Both the position numbers and the translations under genes were made by a program. A stretch of DNA of 60,538 nt, the filler included, from Sphacelaria rigidula (Eukaryota), in NCBI GenBank assembly GCA_964200075.2. It is 9 parts of 9 records of this genome, joined end to end, with 100 filler letters (N's around TTAATTAATTAA, not from the genome) between each part and the next. Parts side by side here need not be neighbours in the genome. Positions count along the whole stretch, not along the records: positions 47,165 to 53,801 come from CAXNAA020018919.1; positions 53,902 to 60,538 come from CAXNAA020018920.1; 7 more parts are not named here. One strand, written 5' to 3'. The notes under the pieces are model-generated. The model searched no databases. It was not told the DNA's origin and was given only the letters and a program-made list of their open reading frames with translations. Positions 48,716-60,538 of the stretch are shown here, piece by piece (within the stretch, counting starts at the first letter, position 1; each line of letters opens with the position of its first letter).

Positions 48716-49159
48716 TCTGGTGCATGCGATTTCGCCTTGGGTTTTGTTGGTTGTCAAGCTCGTTCGTTTGTCTTGAACTCACTTTGAGGGTGCTGTAGCC
48801 AAATGATACCAAGCCGTAAGGTTTCAGTATAATCCCATGCATGAATGGAGCAGTGGCAGGGGACAGGGAATCCTAGATTGATGGCCCTTTTCTGTGTGGC
48901 TCCTTGTTGTCTGGCTCGTGATCTGTTGAGGATCAAGCCGTGGTAATAATAATTTAGAAGAAAGGATTTGTCGGGCGCGAGGCGTGATACTGGAGGAGTC
49001 CGTCGAGGAAAGTCCTCTTGCCCAGATCGTCTGGCAGAGGCTATATGACTCAATGACTAATCCGGACGGCAAAGTTGCGCATACAATCGCCAGCGTACAC
49101 ACAACGGCTTATCGTCGTTCTAGGATCCCATTTCCCCTCTGAAACAAGCTCTAAATTAT

Positions 49160-49400
49160 CCACGGTTCTGACAAATCATCGCCGGTTCGAATCACCAAAT
49201 CCACGATTTCTCAGGCCTGATTACTCGAAAGAGGAGAGAAAGTTGACCGCTCGTCAAAAAGGTCTTCATGCCATTTTTGAGCCATTCCACGTGCCTGGGC
49301 TGCGCGTACCTGAGTTCCAAGGCTGAAAACAAAGCCCAAGGATTGATTCATACGATACAAATCAATCACACTACTGCAGAACCAAGCAAATTCCATACGA
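49160..49400 (+). repeat. ~260-bp dispersed repeat; two tandem copies at ~57770-58285
   Basis: GTTCGAATCACC.AATC.ACGATTT...CCACGTGCCTGGG.TGCGCGTACCTG...CTGAAAAC.AAGCC...GATTGATTC shared by all three. Confidence 0.8.
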
Positions 49401-50544
49401 TTCATCAATTCCTCCTACCCGTGAAATTATCTCCAACTCATATCTTCATCTCCGAGTTCTCTACATTATCATTCCCCTCGGAATCGCCGAAATCGGAGGG
49501 TGGCGCGAAGTGCCAAAAAATTTATAATAATAATTGATTGATTGATCGATTATCTCACAAAGCTGATTGCAACAATCCAGCCCATGGTCAGGAGCAGCAA
49601 CGGAAAGAACAGAATAAAGCGGGCTCCGCGCTAAAGCTAAATATCTTTCACGAGTATTTCAGAACGCGGCAAGAAATAGGATTCAAGCTCTGAAATTTTG
49701 CACCAACATCCGCTAGGTCGTGGGGATTACGAAAGTATTTTTTTTTTACAATTGGTCATCGTGGTGGTAAGTTACTCACGAATAAGTGGGTAAAATTGAG
49801 GAAACATCGCATCCGCGGGCCCCCCGAAAAAAATTCAAACGCCTCCAAATCTTATGAAATTTTCAGGTTGAGGTAATTTTGGGGTGTAGATCACGAATCC
49901 GTCGTTATAATTTTGATCGGGATCGATGTGACCTTGATACAGCTGCGCAGTGATATATGCCAAAAAGCGAGGACAACATTGGATGTTCCAGGGAATACAC
50001 TGAATAATCCCCATCCCGCGGAAAACGATCCACACGTTGATTCAAACTCTCCAGGCTTCGAATTGTGGTAATTTTGGGATGAGGATCACGAAAATACCAT
50101 TAGAATGTCCCAGTCTTGCGTTGCAATCGACTTACAGCTGCCCAAAAGCCGACCCTCGATGAGCAATTTCAAATTTCCCGGGATTTTTTTTTCTCAGTTC
50201 CCACCTCGAGTTTTTTCGGAACAATTTTTCAAGTGGCTCTACTCCCCCTAAATCGGCCAAGCGGAAGCGATTGGCGAGGTGATCCAAGAAAAACAAGGTC
50301 GGGAACACGGCGAAAAAAAATCGAGGCGAAGACGAACCTTTTTTTTTTCGCGGATGTTTCAGAACCTCTTTTTTCGTCGTTTCGGAGCGAACCGTGAAGT
50401 CGATTTGTTTGTTTGTTTTTCCAAGGAGGGAGACGCAACTCATCTTAACTGCGGGACCCGCCATAAGAAGAAAAAAAGGAAATAATATACAGAAAAAGAC
50501 AGAAGCAACAGCCACAGAAAGGAAAGAAGAAAGGGAGCAGCGAC

Positions 50545-53500
50545 AACAACAACAACAACACGAACACAAACAACATAACAATATGATTATCTTGCATCAT
50601 GTAGCTGGCTGCAGCACTCCAGCTCGTGCTCAGAAAAAAAAGGGGGGAGAATGAAAGAAAACCAAATATACTAGAATAGAACGTAGAGAGAGGGAGAAAA
50701 GAGTCAAGAAGACAGAGCCAGGCTCGTTCCGGGGGGGGGGGCACAGACGAAACAAAAAACAGACAAAAAACCACCAGGAACAAGAGATGAACAAATCAGA
50801 GATAGGGACCAAATACAATGCTCTACGTATCTAGCGCAGGCTATGATGAGTTGGTGTTGGTACTGTTGGTCACAGGTGCTGTCGGTGCATCTTGGCCTGC
50901 AGCTTTCGCGTGTCGTATCGATGCCTCTGCGTCATCCTTTTGGCACCAGTCCGCCAAAACCTTTCTGCTCCCTGTTTAACACAGCTGTGCCACTCTACTG
51001 CATTCGAGGCTCTGGTAGTCCACCCCTGCCATTTCGATACCGAACGCCTTCATGTCTTCCGCTAGGCAGCGGATCCAGTCCTTGTGCCTGCCGTTAAATC
51101 CTCCTTGTTGCCCCTTTACGGCTATAATTTCACCGAACATGACGTGTTTCGGCATCCGTCCGGGTGACATGCGCGTGACGAAACCGGCGAAGTGGAGTTT
51201 CCTCTTCCTCACCGTCGTCTCGATGCTTTCCCACCCTGTCCTCGCGAGGGTCTCTCGGCATGACAGAGCGTGGTCTGTGCGATCGCGCTTGTGCCATCCA
51301 AGGCAGCGCCTGAGCAACGCATGGTGAGCCGTGCGCAGTACATTAGTGGGCGTTAATGTGGGCCCATGTGACGCACCCGTACAGGAGCGCTTCGACAGCC
51401 TCGACTTTGATCATGCGGACGGAGGTGGACGGCGGCGTTCGGTCGATTGTACAGTTGGACTTTGTACTTGTGGTAGCTCGACCATGCCCGTTGTACGCGC
51501 TTTCTTATTTCCACCGAGAGGTCGCCGCTCTCCGTAATTGACCCCCCCCCCCAGGTATACAAAGTTGTCTGTTCGTTCGTATACCTGGCCAGCCGCGTTG
51601 ATGTCGAGGTGCTCCGCCTGTAAGTGCAGTCGCATGGTCTTCGTCTTTGCTTCCGACACGGTCAACCCGAACTCTCCGCAATGCGTCACAATCACCGTCA
51701 TCCTCTTCTCGAGGCTCGATGATGTCCGCGAGACGATGCAGGTGTCATCGGCGTACAGCATACGCTATAAGGACCGTGCCTCTTCCGCCACGATTGCTGT
51801 GGCCGCGTCTGGCTCGACCCATGCCACCGCACGTTCCTGTTGGAAATCTCCCTTTTCGCGCTCTCGGACTCGCACCAGGTACCCCGAGATGTCACGATCA
51901 TCACGGAAGGTTGCCAGGGCCGCCGTGAGTACTGCCGTAAGAAAATGTTCGAAAGTAGTGGTGCTAGGACGCATCCCTGTCGGAGGCCCTGTCCGATGTC
52001 GAACCATTCCGAGTATTCCCCGTCGTTCGTGCGCACCCGAGCTTGCATACCATCGTGGAATTGGCGGATGATCGAGAGCATGATGGGTGGGACGCCATAG
52101 CGTTCCAGAACTCCCCACAGTAATGGGCGGTCGACGGAATCGTATGTTCTCGTGAGGTCGACGAAACATGTGTAGAGCAGGACCTGTCGTCTCCGGCTAA
52201 GTTCCTGGAATCGTCGGAGGGTGAACACCATGTCGACGGTTGAGTGTCTGGGGCGGAAGCCGCACTGCTCTTCAGGCAGAATTCCATTGCCCTCGCAGTA
52301 GGTGCTTAGGCGGCGGGCGATTATCTTGAGGAGCACTTTGCCGGTGTGTGTCACGAATGAGATCCCTCTGTAGTTTCCGCATTCCGTCCGATCGCCCTTT
52401 TTGTGGAGAACTATGATGGTGGCATCCTTCCATTCTTGTGGTACGGCTGCTCCGCCCCAGATGTTACGATGATGGCGTGGAATCTCTGTAGTCGGCTAGT
52501 GTCGTCGCCGTCGAGGAGTATCTTCAGCAGTTCAGCCGGCAGTTCATCTGGGCCAACGGCTTTTCCGTTGGACATAGATCGTATGGTATCCGCTGTCTCG
52601 TCTATCGTAGGCACCTCGTCTAGCGACGTGCTCGGAATTCGCGCCCGGAGTTGATCGATGATTGCTGGGTTGAAGTGGGGCGACTTGGTGTTGAGGAGAG
52701 TGTGAAACCACTGTACCCACCGCGGGCGGATGAGCTCAACGTCTCTGAGCAGTTGATCCTTGTTGTTGCGGATAAATTGCTGCTGTGAGCTACATGATTT
52801 CCTCCCTTCGACATCGATTCCCTTCAGGTGCCTGTGGAAACCACGTCGGTCACCTGCCGCGATGTGCGCTTCAAGTCGGCTGACGTAGGTCTCGGAGAAT
52901 CTCTCCACCGCATGTGCTCTAACACGACGGAGTTCCTTGTAGGTCTTCTTCAAGGCATTCTTGAGGGTGGTGTCAGTGGGCGTTGACATCGATGCCCACC
53001 GTTCTGTTTCCCTCACCATCCATGCAGTGTGGATATTTGCCTTGGTCTCGGCACTGGCGCACCAGCCGTGGGAGCCTCGTTGTTTTTTCTCGTGGGGCGC
53101 GGTGTCTGCTGCGGCGGATATCAGCATCTTGGTGAGGGCTGCAGCCATGTCAGCGGCGGTAGCATCTAAAGGCAAGGGGTCGAGAGGGAAGGTCGTTTGT
53201 AACACCATCGCTCTCAACGCCGGGTCAGCCATCAGCGTGCCAAGGTCGGCCGTTCTGCGCCTTGGTACATGTTTCTGCATCTTGCGAGTGGGCACGAAGC
53301 GACCACGAAGCCGGACCTTTGCAGATACGAGGTTATGGTCAGACTCGTGTTTTCCGGGTGGTGGGCGGCGGACGGAGATGTTACGTACGAGCTTCCGGTC
53401 CGTCTGTCTTGTGAGGATGTAGACAAGGCGATAGCGTCCCTTCCAAGCGTTGGAGCCTTGAAAAGTGTACGAGATGCCCCGCTTGGGTGTTCTAAAGAAC

Positions 53501-53700
53501 GCGTTGAGCACGGTAAGGCGTCGTTCCTCTGCGAAGGCCAGCAGCCTCTCACCGTTATTGTTCAGTACGCCCCGCCCGTATTCGCCAAGTACCTTGCTAT
53601 CATTCCCTCCACCGCCCTCCCCTCGTTTTCCAGTGCGGGCGTTAGCATCCATCATGACGAATAGGTGTTCCTTGCCAGGTACTATAATACCATGCATCAG
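50545..53700 (-). mobile_element. RTE-like non-LTR retrotransposon (APE endonuclease + RT), frameshifted
   Basis: MMDANARTG, NNNGERLLAF, ESDHNLV (APE); [65 protein letters not shown]...RMPKHVMFG (RTE-type RT and C-terminus); ends in a (TTG)n-like tail. Confidence 0.92.
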
Positions 53701-53901
53701 TTATATGGAAACGCTTCCCTGTTTTTTTTTTTCTTTTCAAACACGCCCACGTTTTGTCTTTGCCTGATACCTGCTTGACACGCTCCTGCCGCTTCAAAAA
53801 ANNNNNNNNNNNNNNNNNNNNNNNNNNNNNNNNNNNNNNNNNNNNTTAATTAATTAANNNNNNNNNNNNNNNNNNNNNNNNNNNNNNNNNNNNNNNNNNN
53901 N

Positions 53902-53960
53902 CGAGGTCAATGGTCTTATGACTATGGCATGCATGATCATGAGTACACCCCCCCCCCTCC
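53902..53960 (+). mobile_element. C-tract-associated retroposon, subfamily B 3' end (cut by gap)
   Basis: CGAGGTCAATGGTCTTATGACTATGGCATGCATGATCATGAGTACA followed by a C-tract. Confidence 0.8.
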
Positions 53961-55664
53961 CAATATGTAGATATGCAGAGGGAAAGGTCATGGCCGGCGA
54001 AAATCCGGCAGAAAGCACCCCGGCCTAGTAGGGGTATAAGGCCGGAACTACGCGATTATTGTTTATATGGTTTACACTATTTTTTTCTTGCTTTTAGTTT
54101 CCGGATTGCCTGACTTCGCGTGTCGAGTGGGAGCGATGGGCTCCATCTCCTATAGTTCGGATGGTCGCCTGCGGCATCGGATCTTCTGGCGATACTATCA
54201 TTTCTTTTTTATCGTATCGCGTTTGCGTCGATTTTTCTTGGTGCTACCTTATTTATTGTTTTCGTATTCTTACCTGCTTTGGGTAGTTAGTTAGCCTGTG
54301 ACAACGGAAGGCGTCCGCATCAAATGCCCAGTACGGACGTTGGAGGGTGCTGCGCAGAGATCGGGACAGTTTTGAACCCTTTTGGGACTGAATTTCAGTA
54401 GCAAGGGGTTAACCATGTATTAGTAAAATAATAATAAACAAATGGGAGCGACCTCCCCAATCAGGGCGAGGCGAAATTTATCGACCACATCCGAACGACC
54501 AGTGGGGGGGGCTGTCGCCGGGAGTGATGAAAATTCCAAGTTGGTGTGTGTACCCTGTCCCTGGCCCACGAAAAAGCCTTCGAAGCAAAAGAAAGCCCAA
54601 GTCGTCGGGGCTCGGTTTTCCGATTTGTTATCATTTACTTGCATTTTAGATAGGTCCGACCTCCACTCCCCCGATTTTTTCCTTGGCTCACCATCTGATA
54701 CAAAAACCTAGTTGATTACACTAACCTATATTTGGGGAAAATGTACCCTTCTAGATATGTGGTCATGTTCACAAGGCGAGTGAATCTGGCAACGCTGTGG
54801 GACGAGAGATGAAGCTAGTGGCATGAGTTCTGTGCATCCCTCTGTCGAAGCGGTACAAGCGGCAGTGAGTTCGTATGTACTCGACGGTAACGAACAAGCT
54901 GTGTATAGGCAGCTGATCTCCGTCGCGGACAACTGCCCAGAGCATGTGAGGGAGTATGCAGCAGCAGCTGCTGCTGCGTTCGAAAAGGCGTGCTGCACTG
55001 TACTGTATCTGCGGCGCAACGCCCATGCCGTTCGAAGAGAATTTGCCGCTTGCAACAACAAGGGAAATCGCGGCCCACCCCGACCACAAAGGGCTTTGTG
55101 GTAAGGTGATGGGAACAATATTCAAGGCCACAAGTCGCGGGCGGCGGTTGCCACATCCTGTTGGAAGCACCCCACGGCGACTCATACTGCTTGATACATC
55201 TGTACATTACCTGATGCGCACAACATCCGAATTGTAGTACAGACAGTTTGTACCTGCACCTGAAAATAGATTGGATGAAACTTTCGGTATTCATCTAACC
55301 CTGCGGTTACATACATACGTGGATATTTAGCAACATGAACCCTCTATTTCATGCATAAGCAGGACACGTCATTCCTAACCAGCCTCATGAGTCGTTCTGG
55401 AGGCCCAGTCCCAAAAGGGTCAATATGAACACGACAGCAACAACACACAACAACAACACACAACGCCAAGAAAAGTTGAGAAAAACCCCACACGTTGCAA
55501 GTTCAAACGATGGAGAAGCTGCTAATATTACGGTTGGTTGACCCTTTGGGACCTGGGGCTCACGAACGACCAAAAGTACGTTTTGCTGGCCGGTTATTCG
55601 CGTGGAGAATGACGCATGCCATCGAAATTCAAGCCCACACTCAGAGAAAAGTCGTGAAAAAAAT

Positions 55665-55783
55665 AATGACTCGAGCATACGAATCATTGCTCGTTGTGAA
55701 AAAAGCTAGTGACTCGAGAAACAAGTCATTGCTCGTTGTGAAAAACAATTAATGACTCGAGCACACGAGCCATGCTCGTTGTG
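55665..55783. repeat. ~43-bp minisatellite, 3 units
   Basis: TGACTCGAG...CAT(T)GCTCGTTGTG repeated three times. Confidence 0.85.
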
Positions 55784-55952
55784 TTTTCAAAAAACATCTA
55801 CGAATGCACTCGTTTCGACGAGTAGTGACTTGTCCGACGTGTGAAAAGTTTCCCCGTGATAGAATCGTGAGCGCCAGCCTACCCCACTCCACACAATACA
55901 GCTGTTGATGACGCGACAGCATAATTTACGAGCAGCAGGATGCCTCACAAAC

Positions 55953-55953
<1 letters not shown>

Positions 55954-55993
<40 letters not shown>

Positions 55994-55994
55994 C

Positions 55995-56045
<51 letters not shown>
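55954..56045. repeat. Compound (GT)n(GACA)n microsatellite
   Basis: Seen directly. Confidence 0.95.
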
Positions 56046-56431
56046 GTACTAGCTGCGGAGCTGTAGCTGTGCGTGCTTGGTTCTGATGAAAGCGGTGCAA
56101 CTCGTCCGGGGCTGTCACGTGTGTGAGTGTGTACGAGCTCGAGCTGAAAAGCGGTGCTCTTCATCCGTGACTGTCGATCACGAGCAAAGATGACGAGCAG
56201 CTTACGTGTGTAGTTTCAGATACTTGTATGTGGCTCCTGTGCGAAAGAATGATTATAATCATCATCATTTGTCTCTGTTTGGCGAAAAAAATAACTGTAG
56301 TCGTCATCACCCGTCAACATACCATGATTTTCCGATGAATATGTTCAATAACTATCAAGTGGTGCACACTACTGGAGGACCAAGTATTAAGCACTACTGC
56401 GTTGGGCTCCGGCCTTTTTGGCGGGGTGTAA

Positions 56432-57310
56432 GACCAACTTTTATTGCAACGAATCTCGATTTTTTGAGACCCAGATTTTGAAAAAACAGGGGGAACTCAA
56501 ATTTGCGAACTCAAAATCGGGGGGACTGTTTTATGGTACAGAGAGTACAGTACCACAGATTGTAAAACGGTTCTGTACACAGACGGTCATTTCCTACATG
56601 AGTGTGGTAATGCGTACTCGTGCATGAAGCCGAAGAGCAGGCAAGCGGTAAACAATTCTTCGAGTACAGTGTCGTACCTTGGTGCCCTAGGGTAATACAG
56701 TGCAGGACACTACATCAGTACAGCACATGATAATGCCGTGTGGTAGTGCATGATGGCACAGTCGGCATTGCTAGAACAGAGGACAAACAGTGCGCGAGCA
56801 GAGTTCAGTGTGCAGTGCCGTACATCACCCCTCAAGTACAGCGACAACAGCTAGGAGAGTACAACAGTAGGGTTCGTTACAGTGATACATATGGCAGCGT
56901 AGCGCAGCATAAAACATTTTCATCGCCGCAGGGTACGGCGTCAGCACTTAATATCCGCTTGTCAAATCCCGTGCGAAGCTGCCTCAGCAGCTAGCGCGGG
57001 CAGTAGGCACGCCCTGCGCTGTCACGATACTGTCTTCTGCTGCCGTTGCAAAAATATCAAACGCCTCGCACTCTAGCATTGTACGTCAATGCAGGTATGT
57101 CACCTCAAAAAAATCAAGGGGGGTCACGATATCGGAACGATTTCCTCCGATTTTTCCGGAAAAATCGGGGAAGACCGTTCCGATATCGTGACCCCCCCCA
57201 TTTTTTCGGCCCCCGTTGCGTCCTAAGTCGTTTCCGAAAAATGCGGTCCTCCATCTTTTTCCCTCGATGCTCGAAAAAATCGAGATTCGGGCCTGCCATA
57301 AAAGTGGGTC
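56432..57310. mobile_element. PIF/Harbinger-like non-autonomous element (~40-bp imperfect TIRs, TAA TSD)
   Basis: TAA|GACCAACTTTTATTGCAACGAATCTCGATTTTTT ... AAAAAATCGAGATTCGGGCCTGCCATAAAAGTGGGTC|TAA. Confidence 0.8.
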
Positions 57311-58376
57311 TAATTCACCAAAGATAGATATGGTTGTGACTGTTCGGCGCATCTTCTGCGGAGCCGGCGACGCGATCACCACTTCATGAAAAAGGGTAAA
57401 TAAGCTATACACTTGTGCATTCAAGGGTCCAGACGTGAACAAAAAGGCCAAGAGTTTTTTAGAAGAGACTAGGCTATACCCTCCTGGTTTGTTTCCAAAA
57501 AAGGCTACTGTACTCTCACCGGCTGTCGTTTTTCACGCTGTTGTTGAGTCTTATACCACGTGTGAAAAAAAGAAAAATGGTCGGGCATGCTGCCCAGCCA
57601 CGTTGTGATTGGGGATGGAGTGCTGGAACATGTTTTCGAGGTGGTCAGCCCGCGTGCAGCACCGTGCTCCAAACCGAAAAATGCGACACCCTTACGAGTA
57701 GTCGTTCCAAAAGCACCAAGGTGTATGTTTTTTTGCATAATGCCCTTTCTTAGAACAGAACCAAGATTCCACGAGTCGGGCGAATCATCGCCCGTTCGAA
57801 TCACCAAATCCACGATTTTCCACGCCTGGTTGCTCGAAAAAGAAAAAAGTTGACCACTGATCAAAAAGGTCTCTCCACGAAATTGTTGAGCCACTCCACG
57901 TGCCTGGGCTGCGCGTACCTGGGTTTCAACACTGAAAACAAAGCCTGACGATTGATTCCAACGGTACGAATCAATTACACTGAAATCAAGCAATTTCTAG
58001 ACGAATCATTGATTCGTCCGACCCTAGCAAGATTCGAACGGATCATCGTTGGTTCGAATCACCGAATCTACGATTTTTCTGAGGCCTGAATGCTCGAAAG
58101 GTGACAATAATTGACCGCAGGTTAAAACCGCCAAAAACGCCGCTCCACAAACTTTGCGCAATCCCACGTGCCTGGGGTGCGCGTACCTGGGGTGCGCATA
58201 CCTGGGGGGGAACGCTGAAAACGAAGCCCCAGGATTGATTCGTACCGTACGAATCAATCAGACTAAAAGCAAGCCATTTTCAGACAAAACATTTGTCTGA
58301 CCCATACCCGGTAAAGGAGAAAGCGAGATCAATAGAGCCAGCGCCGACTGGGGTACATACGTCAATTTTCAGACAG

Positions 58377-59952
58377 GCAGCAATCAATAGGAATTGTCTG
58401 TACAGCAACGTCTGTAGAAGTTAAGCAGAGTATGTATTGCCAATGACCAAGAGAGTACGTTGCGCTGCTTATGCACACATCCTAACCTAAACCGAAGTTC
58501 TACATGGCCGTAATGGCTGCTGTTGCGGTATTGTGCACACCTGACTGACGGATATCAAGTGTCAAAACACCTTTCAAGTCTTGACAATGTCCACGGTGTT
58601 CCTTGAGCTTATTTCAGTACATCAACTCCCAAGCAAGAGCAGCGCAGTGTATAGTCGTTGCACAGGGCAATGCATAGGACAGGTGGGTGCGGTGAGCGTC
58701 AGTACTGCACCCTGCGCTGACTGCGCGTGCTGGTGTTAGTTTTCGATGAGATGACGGGAACTACCGTCATTGAGAGTCAAATGTGGCAACAGAAACAGAG
58801 CAGCAGAATCTTGAGTCAGTGCCCGCATCTGGAGTTGCGTTGCACTGGTCGGAAGCGTCCGTTACAGATGAGCAGAGCACAGGACATAGCTCGAGTCGCC
58901 AAGGGGTTAGGTTTAGTAGCGCAGGAGTTGTTAGAGAAGGAAGGTCCCGTTGTTGCGGAAAGGTGCTTGAAACTAAGACAACATGGCGTGGGTCTGAGCA
59001 CCAGCATCAAAGATGTGAGTGAGGCCTTATTCGTGCGTGCTCTATCGGTGCAGTCCAGTGTAGTGCTCGCCTGCTCGGTGAGTGAGGGCAAGGCAGTTCA
59101 GCATAGTGTTTAGAGTGAATGCTTTGCAGCTCCGTCTGTTGCTGTGTCGATCATATCTCGGAGTTTCAAAAATGGCGGCGTCACGCCGTATTTGCTCCAT
59201 TTGGCCACTAGACTGTTCAAATAATCCAAGGACTAGCGGTAAGCCCGGCTGACGCGCGTGGCGGAAATGCAGAATGTATCACCGCCACGGGTCTTCCACG
59301 GGTATAGGTTTGAACGTGATGGCGAAAAACAAACAAGTAGCTCGACATTATCCGTAATTGATCAGGATGAGCAGATGAGGTCTTCCAACCGCACAGCTAA
59401 CCGTAACCACGATCCAGAGGAAAGGCAGCCCCACCGTTAGGGAAACCAATAATGGGGTGGGGGGGGGCGTACTCATTTGTTGCTTGCCTTAGTCATTTGA
59501 CCATTTGACCATTGACCACGCATCCCTTTCGAGACGGAGCATAATGGGGTGGGGGGGGGGGGGGTGTTGGACCCCGAAAAGTGTCCGAGCTGTTCGACGA
59601 CATTCTACCGACCATAGATCACTGTTATTCGTTTCCTTGGATACAATTGACTCTCGAATATACGTCCTCAACATGGGGAAATCGTGAGTTCTAGCGATGC
59701 TCTCCCCATTCGGACGCTGCATACACATCCACGCTGCTGACACATGACGGGGTTGAACTTTTTTTCAGGTACTTTCCAACATCGCCCTCGAAATCCGCAA
59801 AGAAAGATGCGTGATTTCAAGGTTTTTTGCTAAGCGCGGAATGTGCTTTTTACTCCACGATGCATTCAGATCGTTGCACAGGTCGCGAGAAAGAGCGCTC
59901 CGATCGCAGACGTCGCCAAAGAGGACTGAAGTGTTGAACTCGACCTCTCAAA
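58377..59952 (+). CDS. Multi-exon gene fragment of unknown function (exons 58377-58429, 58618-58682, 58793-59014, 59212-59238, 59769-59821, 59882-59952)
   Basis: AG/GT boundaries and stop-free in-phase joining: QQSIGIVCTATSVEVKQ-IHQLPSK...CIGQ-KQSSRILSQCPHLELRCTG...LSTSIKD-TVQIIQGLA-VLSNIALEIRKERCVISR-SRERALRSQ...; the last junction is the weakest. Confidence 0.55.
59468..59540 (-). mobile_element. C-tract-associated retroposon, subfamily A, with ~19-bp TSD, in a predicted intron
   Basis: ATAATGGGGT-G9 at 59449-59467 and again at 59541-59559. Confidence 0.9.
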
Positions 59953-60538
59953 GTAATCCCCCGACCAACCCGCCGTCCTTAACGAAAGCAATGGAGAAAT
60001 AAGCATAGGCAGGGGGCCAAGATAGACATTGGCTTCCGCCGGGTCGTCAGGTTCATCGACTTGAAAGTTACCGGTGACAGTTGCGTTCGGACAAGATAGG
60101 CACCATGTCATGGGCTATATAAAGCCGGGCCGTCAGATTCAAGATGCGTGGCTTATTCAAGCTTTAGTTCCCTGTGCACGCATGAAGCTCATCTTTGTTC
60201 GTTTCTTCTTTAAGATTGAACAAATGTGGACATGTAGGCCCCAAGATCGAAAAATTTAGTTTTTGAGGGGTTGGGGGGGGGGGGCACCTAGCCGTCTGTC
60301 CCCTGGTTCATTGCCGAAGCGTTGGCGGATGCGGTCAGCTGCCCTGGACAGAGATCCTTGGCATGGAGACTCGGGGCCGTCGGCACAGAGCGGGCAAGGA
60401 GCTGAAGCAAATTTTATTCAACCCCGTGAAGCCCACCAGGTTTTTTGCAGTTGCTTTCGAATTTTGTCACATTATGCACTCCCGCCCCTCCCCCCCCCCG
60501 ACTTGGGGGGGGGTATGGGGGGGTAGGGAAAACCTCAT

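Noticed and set aside
54290..54345. HDV-like ribozyme (GGCTAAC motif on the minus strand)
   Set aside because: Only ~12-13 nt lie between the candidate P1 strands, too short for P2/P3/L3
54823..55100. Possible plus-strand exon ending at GTAAGG
   Set aside because: No clear in-frame acceptor, partner exon or motif
54377..55419. Single piggyBac-like element bounded by CCCTTTTGGGACTG inverted ends
   Set aside because: Flanks differ (TGAA/TCAA) and other similar termini lie nearby, so the ends may belong to separate small elements

Overview
Eukaryotic, repeat-rich nuclear DNA with GT-AG spliceosomal introns. Intron style, repeats and gene content suggest a stramenopile, probably a brown alga; this is an inference. 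The window is not one locus. It is nine contigs of 6637-6638 bp joined by identical 100-bp spacers (N44-TTAATTAATTAA-N44), so nothing should be linked across gaps. Gene fragments found: a C2-domain exon, two phase-compatible exons of a Cys-rich repeat protein, an SLC35F-like transporter exon, a long coiled-coil exon that may be decaying, and two multi-exon genes of unknown function. Most of the rest is transposon-derived: a shattered Ty1/copia, a Gypsy integrase-chromodomain relic, an RTE-like LINE, a tRNA-derived SINE, a solo LTR and several MITE families. The most notable signal is an abundant short retroposon family (about 13 copies, two subfamilies). It has a fixed 3' end abutting C-tracts, variable 5' truncation, 10-19 bp target duplications and a conserved predicted ~70-nt RNA fold.
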